In this document: piece by piece, positions 1 through 13,089 of the stretch | Numbering within the stretch: position 1 is the stretch's first letter | Layout of the letters: each line of letters opens with the position of its first letter | Program-made: the position numbers and the translations under genes | The notes under the pieces: generated by a model | Database searches by the model: none | What the model was told of the DNA's origin: nothing | The model's input: only the letters and a program-made list of their open reading frames with translations | Assembly: GCA_016748015.1 (NCBI GenBank) | Contig: JAAOMT010000294.1 | Location: forward strand, 164,541 to 228,540 | Source of the DNA: Geosiphon pyriformis uo1 | Lineage: Eukaryota > Fungi > Glomeromycota | Direction: 5' to 3' | Length of the DNA stretch: 64,000 nucleotides

Positions 1-629
1 TTGTCAAGCATTCTGTTTATCTCTTGACGAATAATCTTGTGGCTGGCTGGCGGCACTCTGTATGCTTTTTGTTTAATTGGCATTGCATCTCCAGTCTTGA
101 TCTGATGCTGGATGATGTCAGTTCGGCCAAACTCATTTTCACTGGCAAAGATGTCATTGAAATTGTTGAGTAACATCTTGAGCTGCATACATTGGAGTGG
201 ATCTAAGTTTTCCATGTTCATTTGTTCCAATTGTTCTGATTGGAGCAAATAACATTTGTCTCATCCATAGATTGTTTGTGATGTGATGTCAACATATCCA
301 CAAAGTTGTGGAAAGTCTGGAATGGGATTTGGTGGTTGGTCTTCTATTTCTGTGGTTAAATATCCGATGGTGGTTTCTTCTAGTATGTTGATGACATTGC
401 CAGTGTTATTGTAGATGGGAATTTTTATGCTGCTATAGCTTTTGGCTGGTATGTAGAGATTGATCAACCCAATCTCTCCTGATTCACAAAGGGTTGCTTC
501 TGCTTCAAAAATTTGTTTTTGCTTCTTTTCCTTTCTTTCTATTGCTAACATATACTGGCTATATGGTGGAATGAAAATAGCTTGACCAGTTGAGATAATT
601 TTTCCTTGGCCAACAATTTCTTCCTCTGC

Positions 630-1079
630 CATATTAACTGGTATATTTGTTCTACCTGTTGATTCAAATCCTTGTATTTCTCTTGCTGTTATTCCTAATT
701 TCTCCCTCTTTCCCACTGACACTAACTGAGCTACTCTAATCAGAGGCAGGAATATTGTCTGTGCTATCTTTTTGTTGGGCTCTATTATATAAACTTTTTT
801 TGAGTCATTTTGTAACATGGTGATAATATTTCTTACATATCCCGTGTCAATTATTTCTCCTCTTATATTGATCACTTTTTTCGCTAAACTACTCCTAGAT
901 GCTAATTGAACCATTGTTGTTGCCGGAATTTCTAGTGCTATTTTCAAATCAATGCAGATGCGTGAATGCGGTTCCAATTTGATGGCATCTTTTCCTGGAT
1001 ATCTCAGATCAAACTCTGCATCTGTATCATGCACACGTTCTAGCATAATGCCTTCCCCATTGTCACTATACCATTTCAA
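630..1079 (-). pseudogene. dut: dUTPase domain of E1 Gag-Pol
   Basis: ORF 261..1079 shows degenerate dUTPase motifs 1-5: AEFDL, ASRSSLA, GEIIDTGY, KIAQ, QGFESTG. Confidence 0.9.
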
Positions 1080-2327
1080 CTCTTGTTTCTTGGAGAGATC
1101 TGGTAGTGCAATGTATTGTTCATAATTTAAATTGGGTTTTGAATCTAAGTCTGAATCATTTTCGTTATTATTGCCATTTTAAATGGAGCTGAAACTGGTG
1201 TTTTTATCATCATTGTCGGAGTCTGGATCACGATTAATCAGCGATTCTGATTCTGATGCACAGCTGCTGATTGGTTCTTCTTCTTCAGGGATCGAGTAGA
1301 TCATGTGTGGTGGTAGATTGTAAATGAAGTCACAATCATCACAATATTCAAAGTCATTGGGAATTAAACAATGGCGACACAGTTTTGTATTTAACTGTGC
1401 TAGCCATTGTTCTTGCTCTTCTCTAGTGAGTGCCAAGTTTTGATAGTGTTCATGGAACTCTTCTGGTTCTAGAAAATTTATAACTGGCTCTGCGTCTCAG
1501 TCAAGCTCGATGGGTTTTGGTGGGTTGTTTTTAATTGTCCAGATTTCTTCTGGTGATGCGCCTTCAATTTTGGCAGTTGCCATTCTCCAAATTTTGTCGT
1601 CATCATGTGGACAACTGTCTAATTATCGCACTGCTCTTTACCAAACAGCTTTGATTGGTGTCCTCTTTTTAACCCAGTCACTGATCAGAATCGTGTATTA
1701 ACACTCTACGTCATATGTTCCTCCACATCCAGGAATGTCATGCCATATTCCTTTGTCCAAGAGAGTCTCTCCACAAGCTAAGCATGGCTGATTGTCCCAT
1801 TTCCCTACTCATTTTGGTCTTCCAAAGTGTTCAAGGATGCATGGGTGGCAATAGAACTTAGTTGCCATTGAATATTCCTCATCGTTCCCACAGCATGTGC
1901 CTATTGATGACAATTTCTTGCCACAATTAACGCATATAAGCTTAGGTCGATGATAGGTAGATTATTGTGGTATAGTGTAGGTGTTATAAGTGGTGATGGT
2001 TTGAGTGGTCTCTTCTTCTTTCCCTTTTCCTTTATTTTCTTTGTCCTTTTCTCATTTCCAGCTTGAAATCGGTTCGCTCTCGTCATTGTCGGTCCATGTC
2101 AGGTCATCAGTTTTCCAGATAAGTTCTTCTTTTTGTTTCTCTTTTCCCTTGTTGCTGTCATCTTAGGAGAGTATTGGCAGTAGTTTGTTGTGCTCTTCGT
2201 CCACCCATGACACTTGGTAGGCTTCCCAAGTAGGCTTTTCTTTCTTCTTCTCCAGTTTGATCAATAGTTTCTCTCTTGGAGGAGTTTTGAAGTAACCACA
2301 TGTGGCTGGAACACATATGTGTTGGCC

Positions 2328-2670
2328 CTAATATGTTAGCTGGAGTTCTTGGGTGTTCCAGTCTAACATCGTGTTGACTTTGGATAACCAGTTATTACCA
2401 ACAAGAGCTTGGTATTGAGTGGCTTCCATCACTAGAACTTTAATGAAAGTCACAATGTCATTAACTTCAAAAGAAAAGTCATCAATTTTGCTGATTGGAG
2501 TTTTGGTCACTCCATCAGCTGTGATAATTCTGGTGCTGGCAGCTTGATCAACTTGGCAACCTAATTGATCCATGAGTTGTCTTGTGATTATGCTGCCTGC
2601 AGAACCACTGTCCAGGATCAATTTAATGGATTGCCCTTTGACTTTGGTGTCAGTGTACATCGCAGTGATT
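2328..2670 (-). pseudogene. pol: Aspartic protease domain of E1
   Basis: LILDSGSAGSII catalytic motif and ALVGNNWL flap/C-terminal motif. Confidence 0.9.
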
Positions 2671-3249
2671 GGTTTGGCTTCAAGAGCAGCTCCACTAAAT
2701 AATAGCGTTGCAGCTGTTTCCTCAAATTCAAATGAGAAGATAGTGGCCAATGACTCGTCTTTGGTGATGGTAACAGATGGGATATTACTGGTGAGTGGTT
2801 GTTTTTGGGTAAATGCCGAGTTATTGGTTGAAGCGTCTTTTGGGGTAACCAGGAGACTTAAATAGTTCTGGGAATTTGGGTTCTGGGGTTGACCGGTACC
2901 TGAATTCCACTGGCGTAATCCAGATGGTTGCTGTGAAGAACTGGAGATCAGTTGATGAACTACTATTGCCAATCTTCAGCTCTGTTGAGTCATTCTCAGT
3001 CTTTGGGTTCCATTGGATGGTAAGCTTTGGGGCAGTGTTTGGATCTGTTAGGGTTGATAGATTATTTGTGGCTGCGGTTAATATATTACTTGTGGCTGCG
3101 GCTGATAAATCGGAGGTTGATATACTGGGGACTAATAGACTGATGACTGCGTCACTGGTAGGTAAGTAGGTGGGTTTTGATTTGGGTACTGATTCGGAGT
3201 TTGGAACTGGCAATTGGGGTTTTGATATGGATTTCCCGATTGTTGGTTA

Positions 3250-5027
3250 TTTAAATGCTAGTGACAGTCAATTTAGATATGTTCTTGTTTACCACAATAG
3301 TGGCAGATACGCATTTCCTGTTGCCACTGTTGATTGGTTGATGAAGATGGATGTGATTGATTTTGGGCATGATTAGAGTTTCCTTGATTATTGCGTCGTT
3401 GTGAAGGCTAATAAATGACGTAATTGTCAGCTAAGTATCCTTTCAATCTCTTATTGATTAATTCACTGAACTTCTCCAATTTGGAATCCAATTCAGATGA
3501 TCCGTTCATTATTAGATTAATGGCTTGGGCATGGTTAGCCTCTGATTCAGTGGATTCAAAATCTCTGGCACATGTGACTGCATCTTAAAGGGTGCCTGGA
3601 TGCAATGGACGTACATGTTGCAAGATGCTACTGCATAGGCCACAGATAAACTGATTAAGTATCTGTGGTATTGTGAAATAGTTGGTGTCAATTGCTTGAA
3701 TTTGGCGTAGGTTTTGATGAAAGCATCCCAGGTAAGTGGTGACTGCTTCAGTTTCTCCTTGTTTTATGGTGGTGAATGCATTGACTAGGCAATTGATGCT
3801 GTTATTGTTGCTGAAGTATCTTAGGAATTCTGCTTTGAAGGCATTAAAATCTTGTGGTTTATTAATCAAGCTCTGGTACCATAAATTGGTGGTATTCTTG
3901 AGAAAGTAGAGAATGGCTTGCATTGCTCGAGCGTCATTCTATCCATTGGCTGTGATGGTCTTTTCTACATCATTCAGCCATATTTGAGCGTCATCCTCTT
4001 CACCCATAAAGTTGTCAAGTTTTGCGATTGGTGTGTAGGCCATTGGATCTAAGTTAAGTGGTTGTGGTGGCTGTTGAAGTAGTTGTTATTGTCCTGGCTA
4101 TTGGGGTAGTAGCTGAAGTGGCTGCTGTATGGGTTTGGCTATGGGATTAATCAACAGTTGATCGATGACAATTACTGGAGGTAAGTTTTGCTGATTAATT
4201 AATTCAGGATTTTGATTTCTTTGATTTGGCGGCATTCGAATATTCGGAGTTTCAATTTCTAGATTTTTTAACTGTTGCTGAGTTTGAATGTTCGGGGTTT
4301 CAACTTCTGGGTTTTCAGTAATTGGGTGCAGGTAAGTGAATTCTTGATTCTCTGATTCTTCTTTCTTCTTTTCTGTTTTTGCTGCTTCCTATAGATCAGA
4401 GATTCTGAAATCTGGTAGAGGTGGTGGTGATCGAAGTCCTGATGGGGTTGATGATCATGAATTAAATCCCTCAAAGTATTTGCCATATGGTCCTAACAAT
4501 TCTGTTTTCTTTTGTCTACTTTGGAATAAGAATCGTCCAAATGCTGATGTTACAGTTGATGGAAATGCATTGGTTGATGATATGTTGATGGTGCTTCCAG
4601 GTGTATAGTGGTATGATGAGTTGCTTGGGGATTCAACTCTGTTTTTTTTCCAAGCAGATGGCTGTATTTTTCAGAGTGTTACTGCTGGTGTTTGTAATTT
4701 TCCCTTGTTTTTACTAGCATATATATTTGGATATCTTTGTTGAGTGTGGTGTTCAATTTCTTTGTTGATCTCAGTGATGATGAATGCAAAATTATGATTT
4801 GTTGGTAGGTTGGTGTTTTGAATTAATTTCTTATAGAAAGTTTTTCTTGCTGATTCAGTATTCACTGGTGTTCCTAATAAAGAGAAAATTTTTTTATTGA
4901 TGTAGAAATTGAAGACTGATTCAGCAGATATATGATTGTGGTTTAATCCCAAGTATTGACAATAGTGTTAAAATAAGAATTTTGCGAATTCTAAATGGTT
5001 TGCTCTTATAATTTCTAATTCTGTCAC
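3250..5027 (-). pseudogene. gag: gag of E1 (N-terminal extension, capsid, CCHC knuckle)
   Basis: MAYTPIAKLDNF capsid start, IKQGETEAVTTY motif, CHYCGKQEH knuckle; many stops. Confidence 0.85.
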
Positions 5028-5071
5028 TTTTGGTTTGGTGTTGTCAGTGCTGGTTCTCTGTAAGATTATAT

Positions 5072-5087
5072 CTCACAGGAAGCACCA
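5072..5087 (-). promoter_or_regulatory. Primer-binding site TGGTGCTTCCTGTGAG (E1)
   Basis: Starts with TGG 2 nt after the LTR end; same motif at E3, E4 and E5. Confidence 0.85.
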
Positions 5088-5089
5088 AA

Positions 5090-5968
5090 TATTACAGGTG
5101 ATTATTTCTGTTGTTGAATTGAATAACAAACCCGTAACTTGGTACTCAAAAGCTATTTTTGTGGATGATGTGTGGAAGGTATGGTATCTGAAAGTTTTGG
5201 TTGATCTGAAAGTTTTGTTGTAGAGTTCTTTGTATAATAGACAGAGATTCAGTGGTGATAGTAGTAGTTTTTTTGAAGTCACAATTATGCCCAATTTCTT
5301 TCTCAGCTTGGCAGCCAAATTTATTCTGGCAGTCATGCCCTTCTGGTAAGCTATCTATTAATATATATAATTCTACCCTTATTTCTGGGTTTTTTACCAG
5401 GCTATCCTTGACATCAATAACTCAGTGCTTAATCTTTTTACTCAATTAGTATACAACAACAAAATCAAAGAAAAAAAAAAAAATAAAAATAAAGAAAATA
5501 AATTTAAAGAAAATAAAGAAAATAAGCCAAGGCAATTTGGTACATTAATATCTCATCAATAGCCATGATCAAGAGCTATTGTTCCAGCATGGTTAAGTAT
5601 TAATTATTATCAACATGAAGTGTTGATAGTGGAGAGTGGATTGAGATATGAAATAATTATTTATTTGATGATTGGTTTTTTGGCTAAGGATTCTGTGGTA
5701 TCAATTCTGTTTTTTCTGTTTCTAATACTACTGCTATATATACATAATTGGGATTCCTCAATTTCTTGATTTTTTATAACAGGAATCCTGCAATTCCTTT
5801 GAGAGGAATTTTGGAATTCTGGAATCCTGCAATTCCTCATCGGGGAATCCTGAAATTCCTGGAATCTTGCAATTTCTGAGAGGAATCCTGGAATTTCACA
5901 TTTACTACACTTATTTCTGATTGGCTAATAATTATGCTAATATATTTCCTATATTTCTATGAGTAACA
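5090..5968 (-). repeat. 5' LTR of E1 (GGAAT-N6-ATTCC repeat type)
   Basis: Ends t(a)ttaca...gagtaaca; homologous to E2/E3 LTRs; TATA-like TATATATA; repeat array ~5750-5900. Confidence 0.9.
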
Positions 5969-6252
5969 CCAGGAACATTAATCATCTTATACACATATTT
6001 TGCCAAAAAATTGTTCATGATAATTGTGACACCAGAACCCAAATAACCAGAGCCCAAACCAGAAATGAAAACCCAGACATCATCAAACTTATTCATAATC
6101 CATAAGTGGACCCTATCTCTTAACTTAGTCTCAGTAACAATAGAAATCAAATTGTTTATTTTGTTATGCCAACAAATTATATCATCCTGTTTTGTAAGAT
6201 TGTTCATACCCCTAACATTACATGTGGCAATTTTCCAAACCAGATCACTCAT
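5969..6252 (-). pseudogene. LINE ORF2 N-terminus, AP-like endonuclease (truncated by E1 insertion)
   Basis: IATCNVRG, ETKL and GSGVTII motifs of L1-type APE domains. Confidence 0.88.
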
Positions 6253-8195
6253 TGAGGATTAGTAAAAGCTGACAAATCCAAGCCAGAGCACAAACAATCC
6301 AATCTCTCCAAAACCAAATTAACTGATACATCTAATGCCATTATTTTAGACTCTAAGCTACCCACTTTGGTGGTCAAAACCTTGGAACTACTAGAGCTAA
6401 AACCAGATACATCAAAATTAACACCAGTGAGAAAAGAAACAAGTGGCATAAACACACTATCCACAGTTATATCCAAATTCAAACACAAATTCAAAGGTGC
6501 AGAAGCAATAGAAGGGGAAATAAGAGATGAAGGCACCAAAGATACCAACCCAACAAAGCTCAACTTTTTCAAGATACCAGAAATTTGGTCTGACAAGAGC
6601 TTCACAGAATGTTTCAGAAAGGTCAAATGGTCATGTAAGCCAGAATTACCAAAGGGAGCAAGAATCGCAGAAGAGATCTCAGTACCAGAAAATAAACCAG
6701 TACCAGAAGAGAATGAAAGAACCACATGTAAAAGAGAGCCACTAGTAACTTGGACCTAAGTTTTATTACCAAAAGAGACTGGGCAGGCAATCGGAGTCTA
6801 CTTCTTCTTATATATATTAGTTAAATAAACCTGATTTCAAGAAAATACTACCCACCTACCATGAATTCCAGAATTCCTACCAACTGAATACATATCAGAA
6901 ATATGACCAAAATGTTTACACTTAAAACAACAAGCCAAAAAAAGACCAGCCCAATACAAATTCACATCCTTAAACACAAGAACAAAACCAATAGCAGCCA
7001 ATTTAGATGCTTCATTAGCAAAACACACAACTGCACATTTATTATGCACATATAAGCTGGAATTACAGCCAATAAAGCAAGTTTTCTCACCATATGATTT
7101 CATCAAACCAGAAAAATTATGCACCATAGTTCTAACTAGAAGAGTATAGAGCAAAGCCTGATGTTAATTCTTGGATACTTATGTTTGTTTATCACCAACA
7201 GCTTTTGCCACATAAACAGAATCTTTTTCCATGAAAACAAATCATCTAGCTACGACCAAATCAGCTATCTCAGATGACTCATACTCCACTAAAGCTTTTT
7301 GCCACAAACCAATCAATTGCATCTTGATTGATACAATTTTTTCAAACTTAGAAAAAACAGATTCCACAGCCAATTTGGGAAGATCAACTGGAACCTCCTT
7401 GATAATCACTTCCCAATCCAATTGGCTGTTTATCTCTCTGAGATTATTATTAACAAGAATTTTTTTACAGACTGCCAATTCTTTTGCCTTATTCAGACTA
7501 AATTCAAATGTAAATAATGACTTAATAATTCCAGGAAATTTTGAGGGAGTGAAGGCTCTTCCAAAACCATCAATTTGATAAAAAATTTTTTTGATTGCAA
7601 TTAACTTATCATTATTTGTTTTTCTAGCCACAGCAGACAACTTAATATCCAAAGCAAATAACTTGACTGGTTTGAAGCTACATTTTTTCAGAACACATGA
7701 CTTGACAGATAGAAGCTGATTGGATCCAACAAATTTAGGCACTGAAAGCACCAACTCAGTATTGTTGTTACTTATATGTTCGAATAAAGGCTGCTTTGGT
7801 GGATTGTTCAGCATGTACATCTGCATGTGAGTCTTTTTAGATGTTGCTTTATCTATATTATTGTTCTTACCAGATTTTGTGTACCTGGTTTCTTCGGCAA
7901 CTGTGTTTTTTATATTTTTGACATCCAAAAAACTGCTTACACTACTAGAAACACTGCTAACTTTGCTTTTTTAAGACACCACAAACTTAACACCAGCATC
8001 ACCAATATCTACCAAGCTCAAAGGGCCAGTAGACAAATCAACCACATCATTGGCTACAGATATCTTTGGCTTCTTAAATAATGAACCACAAGAGTACACA
8101 CTATCTACATGAGTTTTTTTCTTTTCATTAGACTGAATCCTCAATCCAGCTAAACCAAAACCAGAACCACCAGCAGAAGCACCCACTGGATTCAT
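6249..8195 (-). pseudogene. LINE ORF1 (RRM-like x2, CCHC knuckle, C-terminal coiled coil)
   Basis: Joined ORF-track fragments 7971..8195, 7242..7928, 6837..7154, 6249..6725; VIIKEVPVDL...ALVEY RRM-like pattern. Confidence 0.8.
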
Positions 8196-8320
8196 TGTAA
8201 CAAAAGGAGGAAAGTCAGAAAAAATAATTAAAAAAAAAACAAGGGAAAAGAAAAAAGACTAATTAAAACTTCAATAAAATTTTACTCTTGTCATAGTTAG
8301 GAGATCGACAAGAGAAAAAG

Positions 8321-10212
8321 TTTTTTTTTAATTTTGTTATACGTATTTTAAATTAATATTAATTATAATATTTATTTTTATTATTAAAATTTTAGTTCTG
8401 TTTAAATTTAATTTAAATATAAACATAAATCTAATAATTTTTTAAAATTTTAAGAAAATAAATGTTTTTTTAAAACTATTTAATTAATAAACCAATTTTT
8501 TAATAAAAACTTTTTTTTTTCTTATGTTTAAAATTCTTCAAAGAGCATTTTTTGAAAAAAAAGTTTTAGTTTTATTTCTACTTTTGTCTTTTTTGTATTA
8601 TTATTTTTAATATTTCTTAAGTAAATAATTTTTTTGTAATAAACCTAATGATTGCTTTTGATAACAATATTTTTAAAAAAAAAGCATCTAAAAGGCTCTT
8701 TATAAACCAGTTAGAAGTTTTTTTTCAAAAGAAGAAAATTCTTATAGATAATATTAAGCACTCCAGTAATAAAAAAAATATTTCTTTGATTAAATCTGGT
8801 TTTAATAGAGATATGTATTTGAACATAGATAGTAAATTTGATAATAAGAAAAATAATAATGTTTTAATAAATATTAATAGAAATTTCTTTTTTAGTTTAG
8901 CAGTAATAACCTTTAAAGCTATAAAAGTTAATATTAGTTTAAAGTATAACTCTTCTTTTAATAAAATCAACTTTGACATAAATAAAAATAAAAAACTATT
9001 TTTTTTTTCTCTTAACATATCTTTGAAAAAAAAGTAAATTAATTCTAAAATAGTAAAAATTTAAGTAGAAATAACTATCAAAAAATCTTTTACTTTAAAC
9101 ATTAATTTTTTAGCAATAGAAAACAAATTAGTAAAGACAAAAACTTAATTAATTAGAAAATTTTTTTTAGTAATCAATAGTTTTGAAGAAGCCACTACTC
9201 TTTTAAAATTTGAAAAAATTATCAAATTGACATTTACATCAGAGAAAAGCATGAAAAAGACTGTATTATTGGTTGAGAAAAAAAGAATTATCATAAACAA
9301 CAATGTCAAAAGACAAGAATTTTGTTTAAATTGAACTTTGATAATCAAAAAAATTCTCATAAATATGCCAAAAAAATGATTATCATTGCAGTAATCAAAT
9401 ATAATCTGATAGTATTAATCAGATTATAATTAATTGGACTATAACAAAAAGCTGTGATGAAATTTGTTGAATTGGCTTAAACAAATCAGTTAGCAATTAA
9501 ATAATTATTCTTAATTGGAAAGATTTAGTGCATGTGACAAAAACTATAAGAAATTATAATGTTTAGATATTAAAAAATTAGTTTAAGACATTTTTGTTTA
9601 CTTTGTCTGTAAGAACAACTGCTTATAATCTTAATGATTTATTAGAAAAAACTAATAAGAAAACTTATATTATTAACTAATTATTTAAAACTGGCAATAG
9701 AATTTGCTGTACAGTAATTGGCTTTGAATTAGAAAAAAAATTGAAGTTAGCTTTTTACATAGAATTTATTTTGAGTGATATTAAGTTTTTTTGAATTAAG
9801 ATGAACCTGATTTGTTGTAAAAAATATGGGTATTTCAGTTATTTATCTCTTAAATATAATTTTTAAATCTATTTGTCTTTATCTCAAAAAAATTTATAAA
9901 AAGAATATGTTAGATAAAAATTACTTTTAGCTGGTCTATTATTACACAAAAAAAATGTTCTTATTACCTAATCTGCTGTCTTTGATAGCAAGTTTTGAGT
10001 ACAAATAATATTATTAACAGTTTTATTTGCCACTTTTTCTAATATTATTTATTCTGGTTTTGGTTTTGGGTTATTTTTTTTTGGTGCTCTATATATTAGT
10101 AAAGCTTTTTTTGTCATTCTGAATGATATATTTACTAATGCTTATTTGATCTTATTAAAACATTTCTTAGAACTTTTGGCTAATCAAGTGTTTAATATTA
10201 TATATAAACTAA
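8321..10212 (-). mobile_element. LINE-b: highly decayed 3' part of a LINE ORF2 (RT C-terminus to 3' end)
   Basis: Faint minus-strand remnants: VNNIIC (~10001-10018, transition-decayed VDDTIW), LKY..IFFTT, KPITVQQI, ANSTNFITAFCYSPINYNL in the expected order; short A-run at 8321-8329. Confidence 0.5.
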
Positions 10213-10397
10213 TATTATAAATGATTATTTAAAATATTAAAACAAATAACAAACCCATAATTTGGTGCTTAATAGTTAATAATATTGGTAATATCTGAAA
10301 ATTTTTGGAGTTTGAAGGTTTTGGTAGTCTTTTGTATAATAAACAGAAATTTAATTGATAGTTTCTTCTGTGAATTTTTTTTTAGCATGATAGCTGG
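10213..10397 (-). repeat. E0: U5 end of an old family-A LTR (3' or solo), interrupted by E2
   Basis: tattataaatgattattt...acaaataacaaacccataatttggtgct matches the family-A LTR end; no PBS on the left. Confidence 0.75.
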
Positions 10398-11236
10398 TGT
10401 TACAGGTAATTATTTGAAGTGTTAATACAAATAACAAATCCATAACTTGGTGCTTAATAGCTTAATAATATTAGTAATATTTGAAGATTTTAAAGTCTGA
10501 AGGTTTTGGTTGAGTTTTTTGTATAATGAACAGAGATTTAATAGTTGTTTCAGTACTCTTTTGAAAACTTATTCTGTGAATTTTTTTCTCAGTTTAATGG
10601 CTGGTTTTTCCTGGTAAGCTATCCTTAATTTTTGAGTGTCTACTTTTATTTTACAGGTTTTTTATTAGTTCTTCTTTAATATTAATAACTCAGTGCTTAA
10701 TTTCTTTAATTAGTTAATAAAACAACAAAACAAAATAAAAAAAATAAAAAAATAAAAAAAAATAAGAAATTAGTATTCTATCAATAGCTATAATTAAGAG
10801 TTATTGTTTTAATATAGATAAGTATTGGATTCTATCAACATAGAATGTTAATAGTGGCAAAAATAATTACTATTTTTAATCAAGTAATAATAACATAAAT
10901 TTGATGATAATAGATAATTTTATTAATATAAAAATGATTTCACTTTAAGTTATAAAAAACAATCTTTTAAAAGAAGAGTATTGTTTTAAATTAATTTAGA
11001 ACTTCTATTGAATTTTTCTGAAATTGTTTTTTCTGTTTTTAATACTTTCATTATATATATAATTTATATTATACAAAATTCCTTAGATTTTTTTGATTTT
11101 TCTAATCAAAAATTCTGAAATTCTTGAAATCTTGTAATTTCTTGAAAAAAATCCTGAAATTTCTCTTTTACTATGCCTATTTCTAATTGGCTATTTTATA
11201 TTCTTATTAAAAATTTTTAAATTTTTATAAGTAATA
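10398..11236 (-). repeat. 3' LTR of E2
   Basis: tgttacagg...aagtaata followed by the PPT complement ttatttcctttttt. Confidence 0.85.
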
Positions 11237-11526
11237 TTATTTCCTTTTTTTAATATTGAACTCTATTAAAATCTTCTAAATTTTTTAACTTTATACTAAT
11301 ATACAAATAATGTTTTAATCTGATAACAGTTTTTTTGAATATCTGAGTTTAAATCTTTTGTTGGTATTATGTATGTATTCTGGCATAATACTCTTATTAT
11401 TATTGCTAAATCTTTTAAGTTTCTATTTTGGTAAAAGATCTGGAAGTACATTATATTGTTTGAAGTTTTTATTAGAATTTGAATTATTATTATTATTATT
11501 AACATTGTGGACAGAGTTAAAACCAT

Positions 11527-12382
11527 TGTTACAAATGATTATTTGGGGTCTCAAAACAAATAACAAATTCGTAACTTGGTGCTTAATGAATTGATATGAT
11601 TATGTTGGTTTCCAAAAGGGTTGTAGATCTTTGTATAATGAACAGAGATTCTCTAGAGTTGGTTTTGGTTGCTTTCCTCAGTTGTTTTCCCAATTTCTGT
11701 CTTCAGTGTAGTGGCCAGTTTAATCTGTCAGTTGTGCCCTTCTGGTAAGCTATCCATTAATATATGTATAATTTTACCCTTATTTCTGGGTCTTTTACCA
11801 GGCTATTCATGACATCAGTAACTCAGTGCTTTAATTTTTAAGTAATTAGTAAATCCAAAAGAAATAACAAAAGAAATAAAAGAAATAAAAGAAGATAATG
11901 AAATAAGTAGAAGCAATTGCAAGTTAGAATCCCATCAATAGCCATGATCAAGAGCTATTGTTTCAGTGTGGTTAAGTATTAATTACTATCAACATAAAGT
12001 GTTGATAGTGAAGAGTAGATTGAAATAGTGAATAATTATTTATTAAATAGAAGGTTGCTTAGATCAAATCTAAACTGAGAGATCTCTAATTAAAGAATTC
12101 TGTCTTTTCTACTTTTAATGCTACCACTATATATACATAATTAAGATTCCTCAATTCCTCAATTTTTTATACCAGGAATTTTGGAATTTCTAGAATCTTG
12201 CAATTCCTTTTAAGAAGAATTCTGGAATTCTGGAATCCTGTGATTTCTTTGTACAAGAATCCTGAAATTTCTGGAATCCTGCAATTCCTCTTGAGAGGAA
12301 TTCTGGAATTCCACCTTTACTGTGCCTACTTCTAATTGGCTAATTTATATGCTACTATACTTCCTATATTCTATGAGTAACA
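11527..12382 (-). repeat. 3' LTR of E3
   Basis: tgttacaaatg...gagtaaca; matches 60791-61666. Confidence 0.95.
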
Positions 12383-12396
12383 TTATTCCTTTTTTT

Positions 12397-13034
12397 TTAA
12401 TATTGAGCTCCATTAAGATCTCCTAAATCTCCTAGCTCTACTTTTTTGTCATTGAGTATTTCTTGAACTTCTTTTTCGAGAATCACTTGGGTTATCTTGT
12501 TTTGTAATTCTTTAAATTGGGTGTTGGTTATTTTTCCCATTTGGTTAACTATAATAGAATCCAATTCTGGATTAAGTAAGATTTCTGTTTATCTTGAAAT
12601 TCAATATGTAGCCAATAGATGACTCTTGCTTGTGTAGTCAAGTTGTTTTTTTCCACAAATTGTTTCAGTTGTTGTAGTATTGTTGTGTTAAATAATTGTT
12701 TTGTTTTATTTGTGTATAAGTTCTGAATATTCAAGTGTCATCCCAAATGAAAATAGCAAAAGTTTCTTGGAAATTTGTGTATTCATCATTTCCAAGTTTT
12801 TTTGGTTAATTCTTGATATGTAGTAATATTTGTTGGCTTTTCCACTGCTAATTTTATTTTCTGTACCATTTTGTCAATAGTGTTTTCTGTTTTTTTTTGA
12901 CTTTTGTATTTGGGTATTTTTCTGGTATTTCAGTATCGAATGGTTTGTTGATTGATAGTAATTTCTATATTCTGTTGTTGAATTAGTTGGAAAAGTTGTT
13001 GTGTTAGTGAATGGTTATTGTCAGTAATTTCCAT
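12397..13034 (-). pseudogene. ORF3 of E3 (accessory ORF, variant 1)
   Basis: MEITDNNHSLTQQLFQL...CYFHLG.HLNIQ...NQMGKITNTQF...GAQY*; homologous to ORF3 of E4-E7. Confidence 0.75.
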
Positions 13035-13089
13035 TTTTCTGAAGTCTTCTGTCACGTTTACCATGACTTTATCTCTCTTTTATTGTTCA

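Larger units (their letters stand above)
1..5968 (-). mobile_element. E1: Ty3/Gypsy LTR retrotransposon, family A, 5' half (3' half outside window)
   Basis: 5' LTR 5090-5968, PBS 5072-5087; gag, protease (LILDSGSAGSII), Cys-rich region, dUTPase (ASRSSLA, IIDTGY, QGFESTG) and pre-RT linker RVPPASH on the minus strand. Confidence 0.95.
5969..8320 (-). mobile_element. LINE-a: non-LTR retrotransposon 5' part (5'UTR, ORF1, start of ORF2), interrupted by E1
   Basis: ORF1 fragments with RRM-like segments and a CFKCKHFGH knuckle; ORF2 starts WKIATCNVRGMN...VTETKL (APE endonuclease) and is cut at VPG by the E1 LTR. Confidence 0.88.

Noticed and set aside
6367-6759. Antisense ORFs in the ORF track (e.g. 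6367..6759, 2572..2865, 19152..19526, 8648..9037)
   Set aside because: Shadow frames of TE coding sequence or AT-rich noise, without motifs or consistent starts
10081-10090. PBS-like TTGGTGCTC
   Set aside because: No LTR end precedes it; probably a chance match in decayed LINE sequence
12140-12315. Heat-shock elements in the GAA/TTC-rich U3 array
   Set aside because: Spacing rarely fits three alternating nGAAn units; better described as GGAAT-N6-ATTCC dyads
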